Shown here piece by piece: positions 40,586-49,530 of a stretch of DNA of 64,000 nucleotides. Both the position numbers and the translations under genes were made by a program. The notes beneath the pieces were generated by a model, which saw only the letters and a list, made by a program, of their open reading frames with translations, did not search any database and had not been told where the DNA came from. The stretch is from a virus. Position 1 is the stretch's first letter, and each line of letters starts with the position of its first letter. Location of the stretch: IMG/VR virus record IMGVR_UViG_3300047172_000052, positions 13,854 through 77,853 of that record; one strand, given 5' to 3'.

Positions 40586-40855
40586 ATGGCAAAGACCCCA
40601 ACGCTGAGCATTCCTTTCGGGTGTTTCGTCCTATCGACGACCTTTGCCTTATGCAAGTCACGAGGCATTGTGGATTGGTCATGGTGGCTGATTGCTTCTC
40701 CGCTGCTCTTCCTGGTCGCCACCTACTACCTGATCACCGTCGTCGACGTAGGCGTTCGCTCGGCCTTGGAGAAGGCTGTCATCACGCAAGAGGTGTTGCT
40801 GCTACCCGATCCTGAAGTCGTGCCGCCGGAAGCCGACAAGACGGGCGAGCCGTGA
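40586..40855 (+). CDS. Small membrane protein
   Basis: G.VDWSWWLI.SPL transmembrane motif. Confidence 0.65.
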   Translation: MAKTPTLSIPFGCFVLSTTFALCKSRGIVDWSWWLIASPLLFLVATYYLITVVDVGVRSALEKAVITQEVLLLPDPEVVPPEADKTGEP

Positions 40856-41442
40856 CCAACGTCATCCTCTTCGACACCGAGACGACCGGCAAGCTCGCCC
40901 ACCAGGAGCGGTCGACATCGGAGGCTCAGCCTTCCCTGGTGCAGCTTGCAGCGCGCCTGGAGGACTTCGACACCTCCGAGCCCCTGGCGGAGATCAACCT
41001 GATCATCCAGCCGGCGGGATGGACGATCCCCGCCGAAGCGAGCGCGATCCACGGCATCTCTCACGCCAAAGCCATGGACTGTGGCGTCACTCTGGCGAAC
41101 GCGTGCTTCCTATTCCGCGACCTGATGTCAGCCGCAACTATCGCCGTCGCCCACAACATCGACTTCGATCGCACAATCATGCAGCGGGCGTTCTTCATGG
41201 CGGAGGTTCCGGAGATCGACTGGAACCGACTGTCCAACGTCTGCACGATGAAGGCAGCGACTCCCATCGTGAAGATCAAGCACCAGCGTCCGAAACATCC
41301 AAACGATTTCAAGTGGCCCAAGCTGGAGGAGTGCATACGTCACTTCTTCAATGAGCCCCTGAACGGTGCCCACGACGCTCTGATCGACGTGCGAGCCTGT
41401 GGTCGCGTCTACCGCGAACTGCTGAAGCTGGGAGTGGTGTGA
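40852..41442 (+). CDS. DEDDh 3-prime-5-prime exonuclease (epsilon-like)
   Basis: FDTETTG, AHNIDFD, KWPKLEE, AHDALID. Confidence 0.92.
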   Translation: MTNVILFDTETTGKLAHQERSTSEAQPSLVQLAARLEDFDTSEPLAEINLIIQPAGWTIPAEASAIHGISHAKAMDCGVTLANACFLFRDLMSAATIAVAHNIDFDRTIMQRAFFMAEVPEIDWNRLSNVCTMKAATPIVKIKHQRPKHPNDFKWPKLEECIRHFFNEPLNGAHDALIDVRACGRVYRELLKLGVV

Positions 41443-41720
41443 TGGCAAGTCCCCGCGTCGAATTCTGGGATGTCTACGTTTCAGGTGACAAGGGCTCGCA
41501 GGAACTTCTGGAGATGCTTATGCGCAAGGGCGTCTCCCATCGTGTCCATGACATCCGGCGTCTCGACGAAGATGGGCAGCGCAGTGCCCTACGGACTCTC
41601 CTGGAACTGCGTCTCAACACCGTTCCGCAAGTCTTCGCCGATGACGGCACGTATGTCGGTGATTTCGACATCGTCTACGGCGCCCTTTCCCGTCTCGCAA
41701 CCCTTCATGTTTTGAGGTGA
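41439..41720 (+). CDS. Glutaredoxin-like protein lacking CxxC
   Basis: TVPQVF...YVGDF motif; SGDKGS where CxxC is expected. Confidence 0.6.
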   Translation: MMASPRVEFWDVYVSGDKGSQELLEMLMRKGVSHRVHDIRRLDEDGQRSALRTLLELRLNTVPQVFADDGTYVGDFDIVYGALSRLATLHVLR

Positions 41721-41724
41721 CCGC

Positions 41725-42081
41725 ATGCCCAGTCTGAAAGACCACGCTCTGTCCTCCGCCATGGGCTGGAGGGGTTCCCCTGCTCTGTTCGCCGCGACTG
41801 CTGCGATGCTGGCGGGTGAGCAGACCGAGAACGCTGAGACGCTGGAGGCGCTGAAGGAATCAGCCGTCACGCAAACCGTCGTCCAGGCGGGGTCATTCGG
41901 CGAGGCGTTCGCCAAACTCCAGGCGCGTCCGCGCAAGTTCATCGCCGGCAGGAGCGTCGAGAAGGCGATCCGCAAGCACCAGCCGTTCGGCTCCTGGATC
42001 GCCATCGTCGTGAAAGACGGCCTGCGCTACGCGCTGCATGCCACGAAGGGGTGGCGTGTGATCGGGAAGGAGCACGCCTGA
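41725..42081 (+). CDS. Hypothetical protein
   Basis: SD and tight packing. Confidence 0.65.
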   Translation: MPSLKDHALSSAMGWRGSPALFAATAAMLAGEQTENAETLEALKESAVTQTVVQAGSFGEAFAKLQARPRKFIAGRSVEKAIRKHQPFGSWIAIVVKDGLRYALHATKGWRVIGKEHA

Positions 42082-42082
42082 C

Positions 42083-43174
42083 ATGCAACTAGACTTCGAC
42101 ACCATCTTCCAGGAATACATCGACTCCAACAAGAAGGATTGGAAGCACGACCGGCGCGATACGGTCGGCGCCAGCGAGGTGTTCGACTGCCTGCGCAAGG
42201 TTTTCTTCCGCAAGCGATCGAAGGACCTTGTGAAGGAGGGCGCCCCGCTCTACCCGACCGATCCCGACTACGATCCTTCCTGGGGCGCCACGGAGCGCGG
42301 CAACATCATCGAAGAGCATTTCGTCGTGCCAGCGGTGCGCGACAACATGCCAGGAACCGCGAAGCTCCTGATGGCAGGCAAGGCGCAGAAAACGCTCTTC
42401 CACGGAAGGAACAGCGGCACGCCGGACGGCCTGATCGTCGGGCTGGAGCGCGACGCCCTGGCGAAATACGGCATCGACGACATCGGCTCCGACTGCATCG
42501 TGCTGGAGATCAAGTCAATCGATCCTCGCGTCAACCTGCGAGAGGAGAAGGACATCCACCACGGTCAGACGCAGGCGCAGATGGGCATGATCCGGCAGTT
42601 GACGGAATACAAGCCGAACTATTCGATCGTGCTCTACATCGACGCCAGCTTCCTCGACAACCGCAAGGTGTTCGTCGTCCCCTTCGACGCGCATGCCTGG
42701 GGTGTTGCACAGAAGCGAGCAAACCGTGTGTGGGAGACCAAAGACCCCGCAGACATCATGGCGGAAGGCAAACTCGACGGCGGCTGCGAGCACTGTGAAT
42801 ACCAGAACGCCTGCGCCTTGGTGACGATCGGCTCCATCCCACCGGATCGTCTGAAGGAGATGGAGGAGCAAGACGTCGAAGCTGTCGAGCCGTTCATCGA
42901 CGACTGGGATCGGCTGAAGAACGCATCCGATGAAGCTGCGGCGGCGTTCGAGGAGCACAAGCTGAAGCTGAAGGAAGCCCTGAAGGGGCTCAACTCCAGG
43001 AAGATCGCCAAGAAGGACGGCAAGAAGAGCCTCTGGTCAGTCTCCTGGTATTCCCAGAACGGGAAGAAGTCGATCGATGTGAAGCGTCTCGTGGAGGAGA
43101 ACGGTATCGATGCCACTCCCTACGAGAAGACCGGCGATCCGTTCGACGTTCTGCGCGTAACTATTTCTGACTAG
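42083..43174 (+). CDS. Cas4-like PD-(D/E)xK exonuclease
   Basis: ASE..DCLRK, GTPDGL, LEIKS, Q...QM, CEHCEYQNAC. Confidence 0.85.
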   Translation: MQLDFDTIFQEYIDSNKKDWKHDRRDTVGASEVFDCLRKVFFRKRSKDLVKEGAPLYPTDPDYDPSWGATERGNIIEEHFVVPAVRDNMPGTAKLLMAGKAQKTLFHGRNSGTPDGLIVGLERDALAKYGIDDIGSDCIVLEIKSIDPRVNLREEKDIHHGQTQAQMGMIRQLTEYKPNYSIVLYIDASFLDNRKVFVVPFDAHAWGVAQKRANRVWETKDPADIMAEGKLDGGCEHCEYQNACALVTIGSIPPDRLKEMEEQDVEAVEPFIDDWDRLKNASDEAAAAFEEHKLKLKEALKGLNSRKIAKKDGKKSLWSVSWYSQNGKKSIDVKRLVEENGIDATPYEKTGDPFDVLRVTISD

Positions 43175-43255
43175 GCGCGCGTTTTCCGTTGACAGCGTGG
43201 CTTACCCTCGTTAGTTAGAATGTCACATGACCGATGGAGACTGGGAGATGAAGAA

Positions 43256-44059
43256 ATGAGCGAAGTAGCAACGACGACGACCGGAGGTGCCCTCGGCGCC
43301 TACGGTGGTGCCGATCCCTTTGCCGCTGCGGCGGCGGCGCTCGGTGCCGGTGAAGGCAACTTCCTGAAGTTCAATGGCAACACCGGGGACTTCACCTACG
43401 GGCAGAAGGACGAGGAACTGCCGCACGGCACACAGCTTGCCGCCGACATGCTGAACTTCGCACGGGGCTGGATTTGCTGGAAGGACGGCGAGGTCGAGGA
43501 CGAGATCATGGTCCCGATCCTCAAGGGGGAACCGCCCCTGGAGCACACGCTGCCGGACCACGGTCCCTACGAGAAGCATGACGACGGCAGCGAGGACGGC
43601 TGGGCCGAACAGGCCAAGATCGGCCTGCGCGACGTAGAGACCGGCGAGACCTACCTCTACAAGACGACCAGCAAGTCGGGTCGCCGTGCCCTCGGCCAAC
43701 TCCTGAAGGACTTTTCCAAGCTGCACCGGATGCACCCCGGCGAGACGCCGGTCGTGGAGATCAGCGGGCAATCCTACACCCCGAAGGACAAGAAGCTCGG
43801 CAAGAAGTTCGCGCCGATCTTCAAGATCGTAGGCTGGATGAACGATGCCGATCTGGCCCAACTCGACGAAGGTTCGGACGCGCCGGAGACCGCGAAGGGC
43901 GGCGCCGATGATCCGGCGAACTACGAGCAGCAGCAGCAGCAGCCGGCGGCGACGGAGACCACAGCAACGGCGGCGGCGTCGCGTGAACGCACCGAGACCC
44001 CCACGACCCAGCCAACGGACGCACCGGCAGCAGCCGGGCGACGCGCCAAGCGTTTCTGA
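43256..44059 (+). CDS. Single-stranded DNA-binding/annealing protein
   Basis: FLKF.G..G, GWICW, P.V.I....Y...K.GK...PIF.IVGW and a low-complexity tail; sits between exonuclease and helicase. Confidence 0.7.
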   Translation: MSEVATTTTGGALGAYGGADPFAAAAAALGAGEGNFLKFNGNTGDFTYGQKDEELPHGTQLAADMLNFARGWICWKDGEVEDEIMVPILKGEPPLEHTLPDHGPYEKHDDGSEDGWAEQAKIGLRDVETGETYLYKTTSKSGRRALGQLLKDFSKLHRMHPGETPVVEISGQSYTPKDKKLGKKFAPIFKIVGWMNDADLAQLDEGSDAPETAKGGADDPANYEQQQQQPAATETTATAAASRERTETPTTQPTDAPAAAGRRAKRF

Positions 44060-44079
44060 TCCGACGAACGGCTGGGCTT

Positions 44080-44126
44080 ACCCTCCTCTCAGGCGCTTTG
44101 GCTGTCTCAGTGCCTGGGGGGAGGGT
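44080..44126 (+). terminator. Long hairpin after SSB
   Basis: ACCCTCCTCTCAGGCGCT pairs with AGTGCCTGGGGGGAGGGT; pyrimidine-rich tail. Confidence 0.55.
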
Positions 44127-44166
44127 CTCCTTCTCTACTTCAAAATGCCTTGAAAGGTAACGCCAC

Positions 44167-45540
44167 ATGGCGCTTCCCGTCTTGTCACCGATGCAGCACC
44201 AAGCCGTCAAAGCAACGCACGACTGGTTCGTGAACGGCGGCGCACGTCAGGTCGGGACTGACAATGCCAGGGAATTCCTTCTCGGTGGCTACGCTGGAAG
44301 TGGCAAGTCGACGATCCTGCCGGTGATCGTGGACGACCTCGGCGTCGACCCCAGCTACATCGAGTTCTGTGCGCCGACCGGGAAGGCCGCGAAGGTCATG
44401 ACCGAGAAGCTGAAGGCCTACGGCATCGGCAAGCGCGCAAGGACGATCCATTCCCTAATCTATCGCCCCAAGCCACTGCGCGCCGAGGTGCTGGAGAAGA
44501 ACCTGTCCGACCTGAAAGGTCAGCGTGACGCGGTTCTGCAGCGCCTCCACGAGGACGGCGTGGGCAGCGACTGGCAGAAGGACGAACGTCTGATCGAGAT
44601 CGATCGCGCCATCAAGATCACCGAGAAGGACCTGGACAAGGCCTACGACCACAGCGAAGGGCCGAAGTTCCAGTTGAACCCAGATGGCGATGCCAGCAAG
44701 GCGCGTCTGATCGTCATCGATGAGATTTCCATGGTCGGCGAGGCCGTCGCGGACGACCTGCGCAGCTTCGGCGTTCCTCTGTTCGGCATGGGCGATCCTG
44801 GTCAGCTTCCGCCTGTCGGCGATCAGCCCGGCTTTCTGAACCGTGACCCGGACTTCTTCCTGTCCGAGATTCACCGGCAGGCGGCGGACAACCCCATCAT
44901 TCGCATCGCCAACATGCTGCGCAACGGTGAGAGCTTGAAGGTCGGGAACTATGCTGGCCCGACGCAAGACGACTGGGTGCATGTTGTCGATCGCATGCGC
45001 GACACAGCGACCTACGACCTGGACCGGGATGCACAACTGATCGTCGGCACGCATCGCAAGCGGTGGTTCATCACCGACAAGCTGCGCCAGCGTCTCGGCT
45101 ACAAGTCGACAGGGCCGGTTGCCGGCGAGCCGCTGCTGATATGCAAGAACAGCCGCACGGTCCCCGACTTGGTCAACGGCACCTTCGTGGAATGCCTGGA
45201 AGACGTCGGCTACCTGAAGGATGGCAAGGCGACAGTCCCGATCTCGATCCGCGACGAACTTGGAGCGGCACGGACGGTGATCGCCTGTCAGGGGCTGCTG
45301 GAGGAGCACGTCCTTCGCCGGAAGAATGCCGCCACGGCGCCGAAGAGCCTCGCCTTCAAGGCGCGCATCGAGGCGGAGCACGTCGACTGGGGCTGGGCGA
45401 TCACCTGCCACAAGTCGCAGGGATCGCAGTGGGACGAGGTGATCGTCCACGACGAGTCCGGCGTGTTCGGCGAGGACGCTGCGAAGTGGGCCTACACCGC
45501 TGCGACCCGCGCCGCGCGCCGTCTGACGATCGTGGTTTGA
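44167..45540 (+). CDS. RecD/Dda-like SF1B helicase
   Basis: GYAGSGKS, APTGKAA, TIHS, IDE.SM, GD..QLPPV, ITCHKSQGSQW, YTA.TRA. Confidence 0.92.
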   Translation: MALPVLSPMQHQAVKATHDWFVNGGARQVGTDNAREFLLGGYAGSGKSTILPVIVDDLGVDPSYIEFCAPTGKAAKVMTEKLKAYGIGKRARTIHSLIYRPKPLRAEVLEKNLSDLKGQRDAVLQRLHEDGVGSDWQKDERLIEIDRAIKITEKDLDKAYDHSEGPKFQLNPDGDASKARLIVIDEISMVGEAVADDLRSFGVPLFGMGDPGQLPPVGDQPGFLNRDPDFFLSEIHRQAADNPIIRIANMLRNGESLKVGNYAGPTQDDWVHVVDRMRDTATYDLDRDAQLIVGTHRKRWFITDKLRQRLGYKSTGPVAGEPLLICKNSRTVPDLVNGTFVECLEDVGYLKDGKATVPISIRDELGAARTVIACQGLLEEHVLRRKNAATAPKSLAFKARIEAEHVDWGWAITCHKSQGSQWDEVIVHDESGVFGEDAAKWAYTAATRAARRLTIVV

Positions 45541-45565
45541 CCTTAGGCGTAAGGAAAACTGACGC

Positions 45566-46225
45566 ATGACATTCAAAGTCTACTTGGCGGGCGCGATTTC
45601 CGGACTGACCTACGATCAGGGTCAGGATTGGCGAGTGCAGGTCAAGGAAGCCCTGGCGCCGGAGATCGCGTGTTACTCGCCGCTGCGTGCGAAGGACTAT
45701 CTGCGCAGTGCTGGCGTGCTGGAGCAGTTCTACGAGAGCACGCCGCTCAGCACCGATCGCGGGATCATGACGCGTGACTACAACGACTGCATCACGTCCG
45801 ACCTGATCTTCGTCAACCTTCTGGGTGCGACGCCACGCGTCAGCATCGGAACCATGATGGAACTTGGCTTTGCCTACGCACACCGCAAGCCGGTTGTCAT
45901 GGTGATCGAGGATGACAGGAAGAACATCCACGATTATCCGATGGTTCGTGAGGCGGTCGGCTTCCGCTTCAACAACATCGAAGGCGCCATCTGGGCGACA
46001 CGGGCGATCCTGCTGGCTGACCCCGGTGCAATCCGCCCGCATCCGCACATCAACCCTCCGCCTGCTGCAGAGGTGCGCGCTCCCTCCAACGCCCCTGCCT
46101 TTGACCAGATGCTCGCGCGAGAGATCGAGCGAGAGAAAGCAGCAGCGCGAGGCGCAGTCGGAACAACTCTTCTGGAGGATTTCGAGGAACGAGAAGAGCG
46201 CGAGCGCCGGAGCTACACGCGATGA
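45566..46225 (+). CDS. Nucleoside 2-deoxyribosyltransferase-like protein
   Basis: VYLAG.I, RD...I..SD, SIGT.MELG.A....KP. Confidence 0.82.
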   Translation: MTFKVYLAGAISGLTYDQGQDWRVQVKEALAPEIACYSPLRAKDYLRSAGVLEQFYESTPLSTDRGIMTRDYNDCITSDLIFVNLLGATPRVSIGTMMELGFAYAHRKPVVMVIEDDRKNIHDYPMVREAVGFRFNNIEGAIWATRAILLADPGAIRPHPHINPPPAAEVRAPSNAPAFDQMLAREIEREKAAARGAVGTTLLEDFEEREERERRSYTR

Positions 46226-46779
46226 CCAAGATCATCGGCATCGCCGGTCGCAAAGGCCACGGCAAGGATACGGCGGCGCAGGCTCTCCTCGACGAAGGCT
46301 ACGTGAACGTCAAGTTCGCTGGCGCCCTGAAGGTCATGGTGAGGGCGTTCCTCGCCTACGTCGGCGTCAGCCCTGACACCATCGAGCGCATGATCGAGGG
46401 TGACCTGAAGGAGGTGCCCAACGAGCACTTCGGCGGTAGGACGACGCGATACGTCCTGCAGACCCTCGGCACCGAGTGGGGCCGCGAGATGGTGTTTGAC
46501 CGCATCTGGGTGAACGCCTTCTCCTCCCGCGCCAAGCGGTTCGATAAGGTCGCCTGCACCGACATGAGGTTCCCCAACGAGGTCGACGAGGTGAAGGCGC
46601 AGGGTGGGACGACGGTTCGCGTCGTGCGTCCGAATGCACCACGCACCGCCGGTAGCGACCATCCGTCCGAGGCACTGATCGACACGCTGCACGTCGATCA
46701 CGTCATCGCCAACGACGAGGGGATCGAAGAACTGCACCGGAGGATCGCCGCCATCGCGTATTGGAGGGACCATGCGTAG
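46222..46779 (+). CDS. Deoxynucleoside monophosphate kinase
   Basis: GRKGHGKDT, FA..LK, R..LQ.LGTEWGR, DMRFPNE, HPSE. Confidence 0.93.
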   Translation: MTKIIGIAGRKGHGKDTAAQALLDEGYVNVKFAGALKVMVRAFLAYVGVSPDTIERMIEGDLKEVPNEHFGGRTTRYVLQTLGTEWGREMVFDRIWVNAFSSRAKRFDKVACTDMRFPNEVDEVKAQGGTTVRVVRPNAPRTAGSDHPSEALIDTLHVDHVIANDEGIEELHRRIAAIAYWRDHA

Positions 46780-47419
46780 TCTCCTCACGCGAATCTTCGG
46801 CAAGCCGCAGATCATCGGTGGCATGGATGGCGACAGTCCGACCTATCTCTGCCGGTGGTTCGTCATCCCGAAGTTCAACAAGAACGGCGTTCGTCGTCCT
46901 TTCTCCGTATATCTTCACAACTTCAACCGTAGTGACGATGACCGCGCTCTGCACGATCATCCGTTCTGGAACTGTAGCATATTGCTGAAGGGTTGCTATC
47001 TGGAGCACATGCCCGGCGGTGTAGTGAAGAAACGGTATCCATTCTTGCCTGTGTTCCGTCCTGCCAGTGCAGCCCATCGAATCGAACTGATCGACGGCAA
47101 GTCAGTTTGGACGCTCTTCCTGACAGGAAGAAAGACCCGTGAATGGGGGTTCTACTGCCCAGTCCGTTGGAAGCACTGGACGATGTTCGAACACGACAAC
47201 GGCTGCGGGGAGGACTTAAACATGCCCGAGATCGACCTGAGGCGAATCGAGGTTCGCTACACGAATGGCGACGCCGACACCTTCCTGGCGACGCAGACGG
47301 AGGCCGAGAAGGTCTTCGATAACATCGCGGAGGAAGCCTTCGAGTTCGTCCACACACGCGGACGGACGGTGATCTTCTCCAGGGACGTCTCCCGCGTCAC
47401 CATCGGCCTGAACCAATGA
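46772..47419 (+). CDS. Cupin-like phage protein, read in frame with a second small ORF (ATG 47222)
   Basis: YLH.F..SD.DRALHDHPF...GCY.E...HRI.L...WTLF.TG...REWGF; internal GGAGG-ATG at 47222. Confidence 0.7.
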   Translation: MRSLLTRIFGKPQIIGGMDGDSPTYLCRWFVIPKFNKNGVRRPFSVYLHNFNRSDDDRALHDHPFWNCSILLKGCYLEHMPGGVVKKRYPFLPVFRPASAAHRIELIDGKSVWTLFLTGRKTREWGFYCPVRWKHWTMFEHDNGCGEDLNMPEIDLRRIEVRYTNGDADTFLATQTEAEKVFDNIAEEAFEFVHTRGRTVIFSRDVSRVTIGLNQ

Positions 47420-47803
47420 AGGTCGTCGTCTACTTCAAGGAAGGTGGCGTCGAGACTTTTCGCTGCTCGATAGTCCAGGCCTGCGACTTCCGCGACCTGT
47501 CTGTGATGCGCCTGCACAAGGTAGCGGTGCTGCGTCACCGGAAGGGTCAGACACATTTCGACTGGAGCGACATCCAGTCCATCACGATCGAAGGGCTTTG
47601 ATATGAGCACTTTCCGCCTGCAGGTTCTTTTCAAAAATGGGAGCGAGAAGACCTACGACTTGAGCGAGGAGAGCGCCGACATTGCCCTCAATGGGCAGTT
47701 CAAGGACGGCATTCACCCCTACCACTTTCCTCATGCTGAAGGGCAGGCAGTCATCATGAAGAACATGGTTATGGCCATCAACGTCCAGGAGATCGCGGAA
47801 TGA
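47416..47803 (+). other. Two small paralog-like genes
   Basis: 47416-47601 and 47603-47803. Confidence 0.65.
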
Positions 47804-48756
47804 CAATCTCAGCACGCGTCCTCGCCGACAGCATCTCCCATGGCTCGCGCAAGCGCCTGACCACATTCGAGCTTCGCTATCCCCGCTTCATTCACGCGGA
47901 GGAACTGACGCACCGCATCCTGTCGACGTCGCCGGAGATGGTCGAGACAACCCACATTCCGGATGGCGTGATGTATGACAGCGACCTGTCGCGTAACGCC
48001 TCCTCCTCTCGCGCCACGCCGATCAACTCGCTGATCGATGCCGTGCGCAAGGACCCTGCGATGCCGATCCGCTGGGGCCTCAACGGGGCCGGCATGCAGG
48101 ACCATGGCGAGATGTCCCCCGAAGGTGCGGAGGCCTGCAAGAAGCTCTGGCTGGCGGCGCGTGACGCACAGATCGGCTACGTCGGCAAGCTGCTTAGGCT
48201 GACGGAGGTCCCCCACAAGCAGACGGTGAACCGGCTGCTGGAGCCATGGTCGCACATCACCGTCGTGGTGACGGCGACCGAGTGGGCGAACTTCTTCGCC
48301 CTGCGGCGCCACAAGGATGCGCAACCGGAGATCAAGGAACTGGCGGACCAGATGTGGGAGGCGCGTGAGGCGTCCACGCCACGCGTTCTGCTGCCGGGGC
48401 AGTGGCATCTGCCCTATTTGGAACTGCACGAACTGGAGAACACCGAGACGACGCTCGATCTTGCCATCAAGGTCTCCGTCGCTCGCTGTGCCCGCACCTC
48501 CTACAAGAACCACCGGAACAAGGTCGCCACGATCGAGGAAGACGTCGCGCTCTATGACCGTCTGGTCGGCGGCGTCCCGCTGCACGCATCGCCGGCTGAG
48601 CATCAGGCGACACCGGACGGCTACAAGCTGTTGCTCGACACCGAGACGATGAAAGCGACGGCGCAATACGACCATCCCGAACTACATGGCAACCTAGTCG
48701 GATGGGTGCAATACCGCAAGACGTTGCTGAATGAGAATATCACGAAGGAGGCCTGA
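47800..48756 (+). CDS. thyX: Flavin-dependent thymidylate synthase-like protein
   Basis: YPRFIHAE..THR...SRNASSSRA.P, HKQ..NRLLEPW, NFF.LR....AQPEI, ARCAR.SY, HASP.EH. Confidence 0.88.
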   Translation: MTISARVLADSISHGSRKRLTTFELRYPRFIHAEELTHRILSTSPEMVETTHIPDGVMYDSDLSRNASSSRATPINSLIDAVRKDPAMPIRWGLNGAGMQDHGEMSPEGAEACKKLWLAARDAQIGYVGKLLRLTEVPHKQTVNRLLEPWSHITVVVTATEWANFFALRRHKDAQPEIKELADQMWEAREASTPRVLLPGQWHLPYLELHELENTETTLDLAIKVSVARCARTSYKNHRNKVATIEEDVALYDRLVGGVPLHASPAEHQATPDGYKLLLDTETMKATAQYDHPELHGNLVGWVQYRKTLLNENITKEA

Positions 48757-48759
48757 AAC

Positions 48760-49050
48760 ATGGCGAAGTGCATTATAACGCTACAGGACCAGGAGACGGA
48801 GAACAAGCAAGTCGGCGTCTCCTTCAACATCCGGATCGAATTGTCCGAGGAGGAGCAGACTTCGACGAACCTTTCGGCAGCCATGCTTCTGGCTGCACAC
48901 TACGGGCACATCTTCAACGACCAGGGAGTCGACCTACGCGAAGTCGAAAAGCGCGTGATCCGCGAAGCTCAGGAGCGCGATGCCAAGAAGAAGGCCGACC
49001 TGCGTGCGACACTGATCGACGTCGCCGCCATCCCGGTCGGTAACGCGTGA
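48760..49050 (+). CDS. Hypothetical protein
   Basis: SD and tight packing. Confidence 0.65.
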   Translation: MAKCIITLQDQETENKQVGVSFNIRIELSEEEQTSTNLSAAMLLAAHYGHIFNDQGVDLREVEKRVIREAQERDAKKKADLRATLIDVAAIPVGNA

Positions 49051-49415
49051 CCGAGGAGGAGAAAGATCGTCTACGGACTCGTCTGAACGAATATCGGCAG
49101 CAGGGTCTATCCCGGCAGCAAATCGCTGACGCGCTTGGGAAGACGATCTATGAGGTGAAGCGCCTGATCAAGACACTGGGCGTCCAGGGGCGCGTTGTCG
49201 TCAAGGCGCCGCGTAAAGCGAAGAAGGAACGGGAGAAGCCACGCTACTCCCCGCTCGATGAAGGCGAGACGGTGATCGAGAAAGCCAGGGCTGTCCTGGG
49301 AGCCCGCATGAGTGAAGACCATCGCGGCTACATGCTGGACGGGCGTCCCTGCTCCTCGTGGGCTATCCTGAAGGCCGCAGGCGTCACTCCTGCTCCGGTG
49401 CGTAAGCAATCTTGA
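49047..49415 (+). CDS. HTH DNA-binding protein
   Basis: QGLSRQQIADALGKTIYEVKRLI. Confidence 0.7.
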   Translation: MTEEEKDRLRTRLNEYRQQGLSRQQIADALGKTIYEVKRLIKTLGVQGRVVVKAPRKAKKEREKPRYSPLDEGETVIEKARAVLGARMSEDHRGYMLDGRPCSSWAILKAAGVTPAPVRKQS

Positions 49416-49530
49416 CACTGGCGTCAGGCTAAGATAGCCTCGTCGCTTCACTGTTCGTTTCCATCACATCTGGCGCGTTTCCAGAGCGGCGAAACCGCTG
49501 TGGGATTTTTGCGCCTTGAGGAGTTCTGCC

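Noticed and set aside
43927-43944. CAG run in SSB as a contingency locus
   Set aside because: In-frame poly-Gln in a disordered tail; length change would not switch expression.
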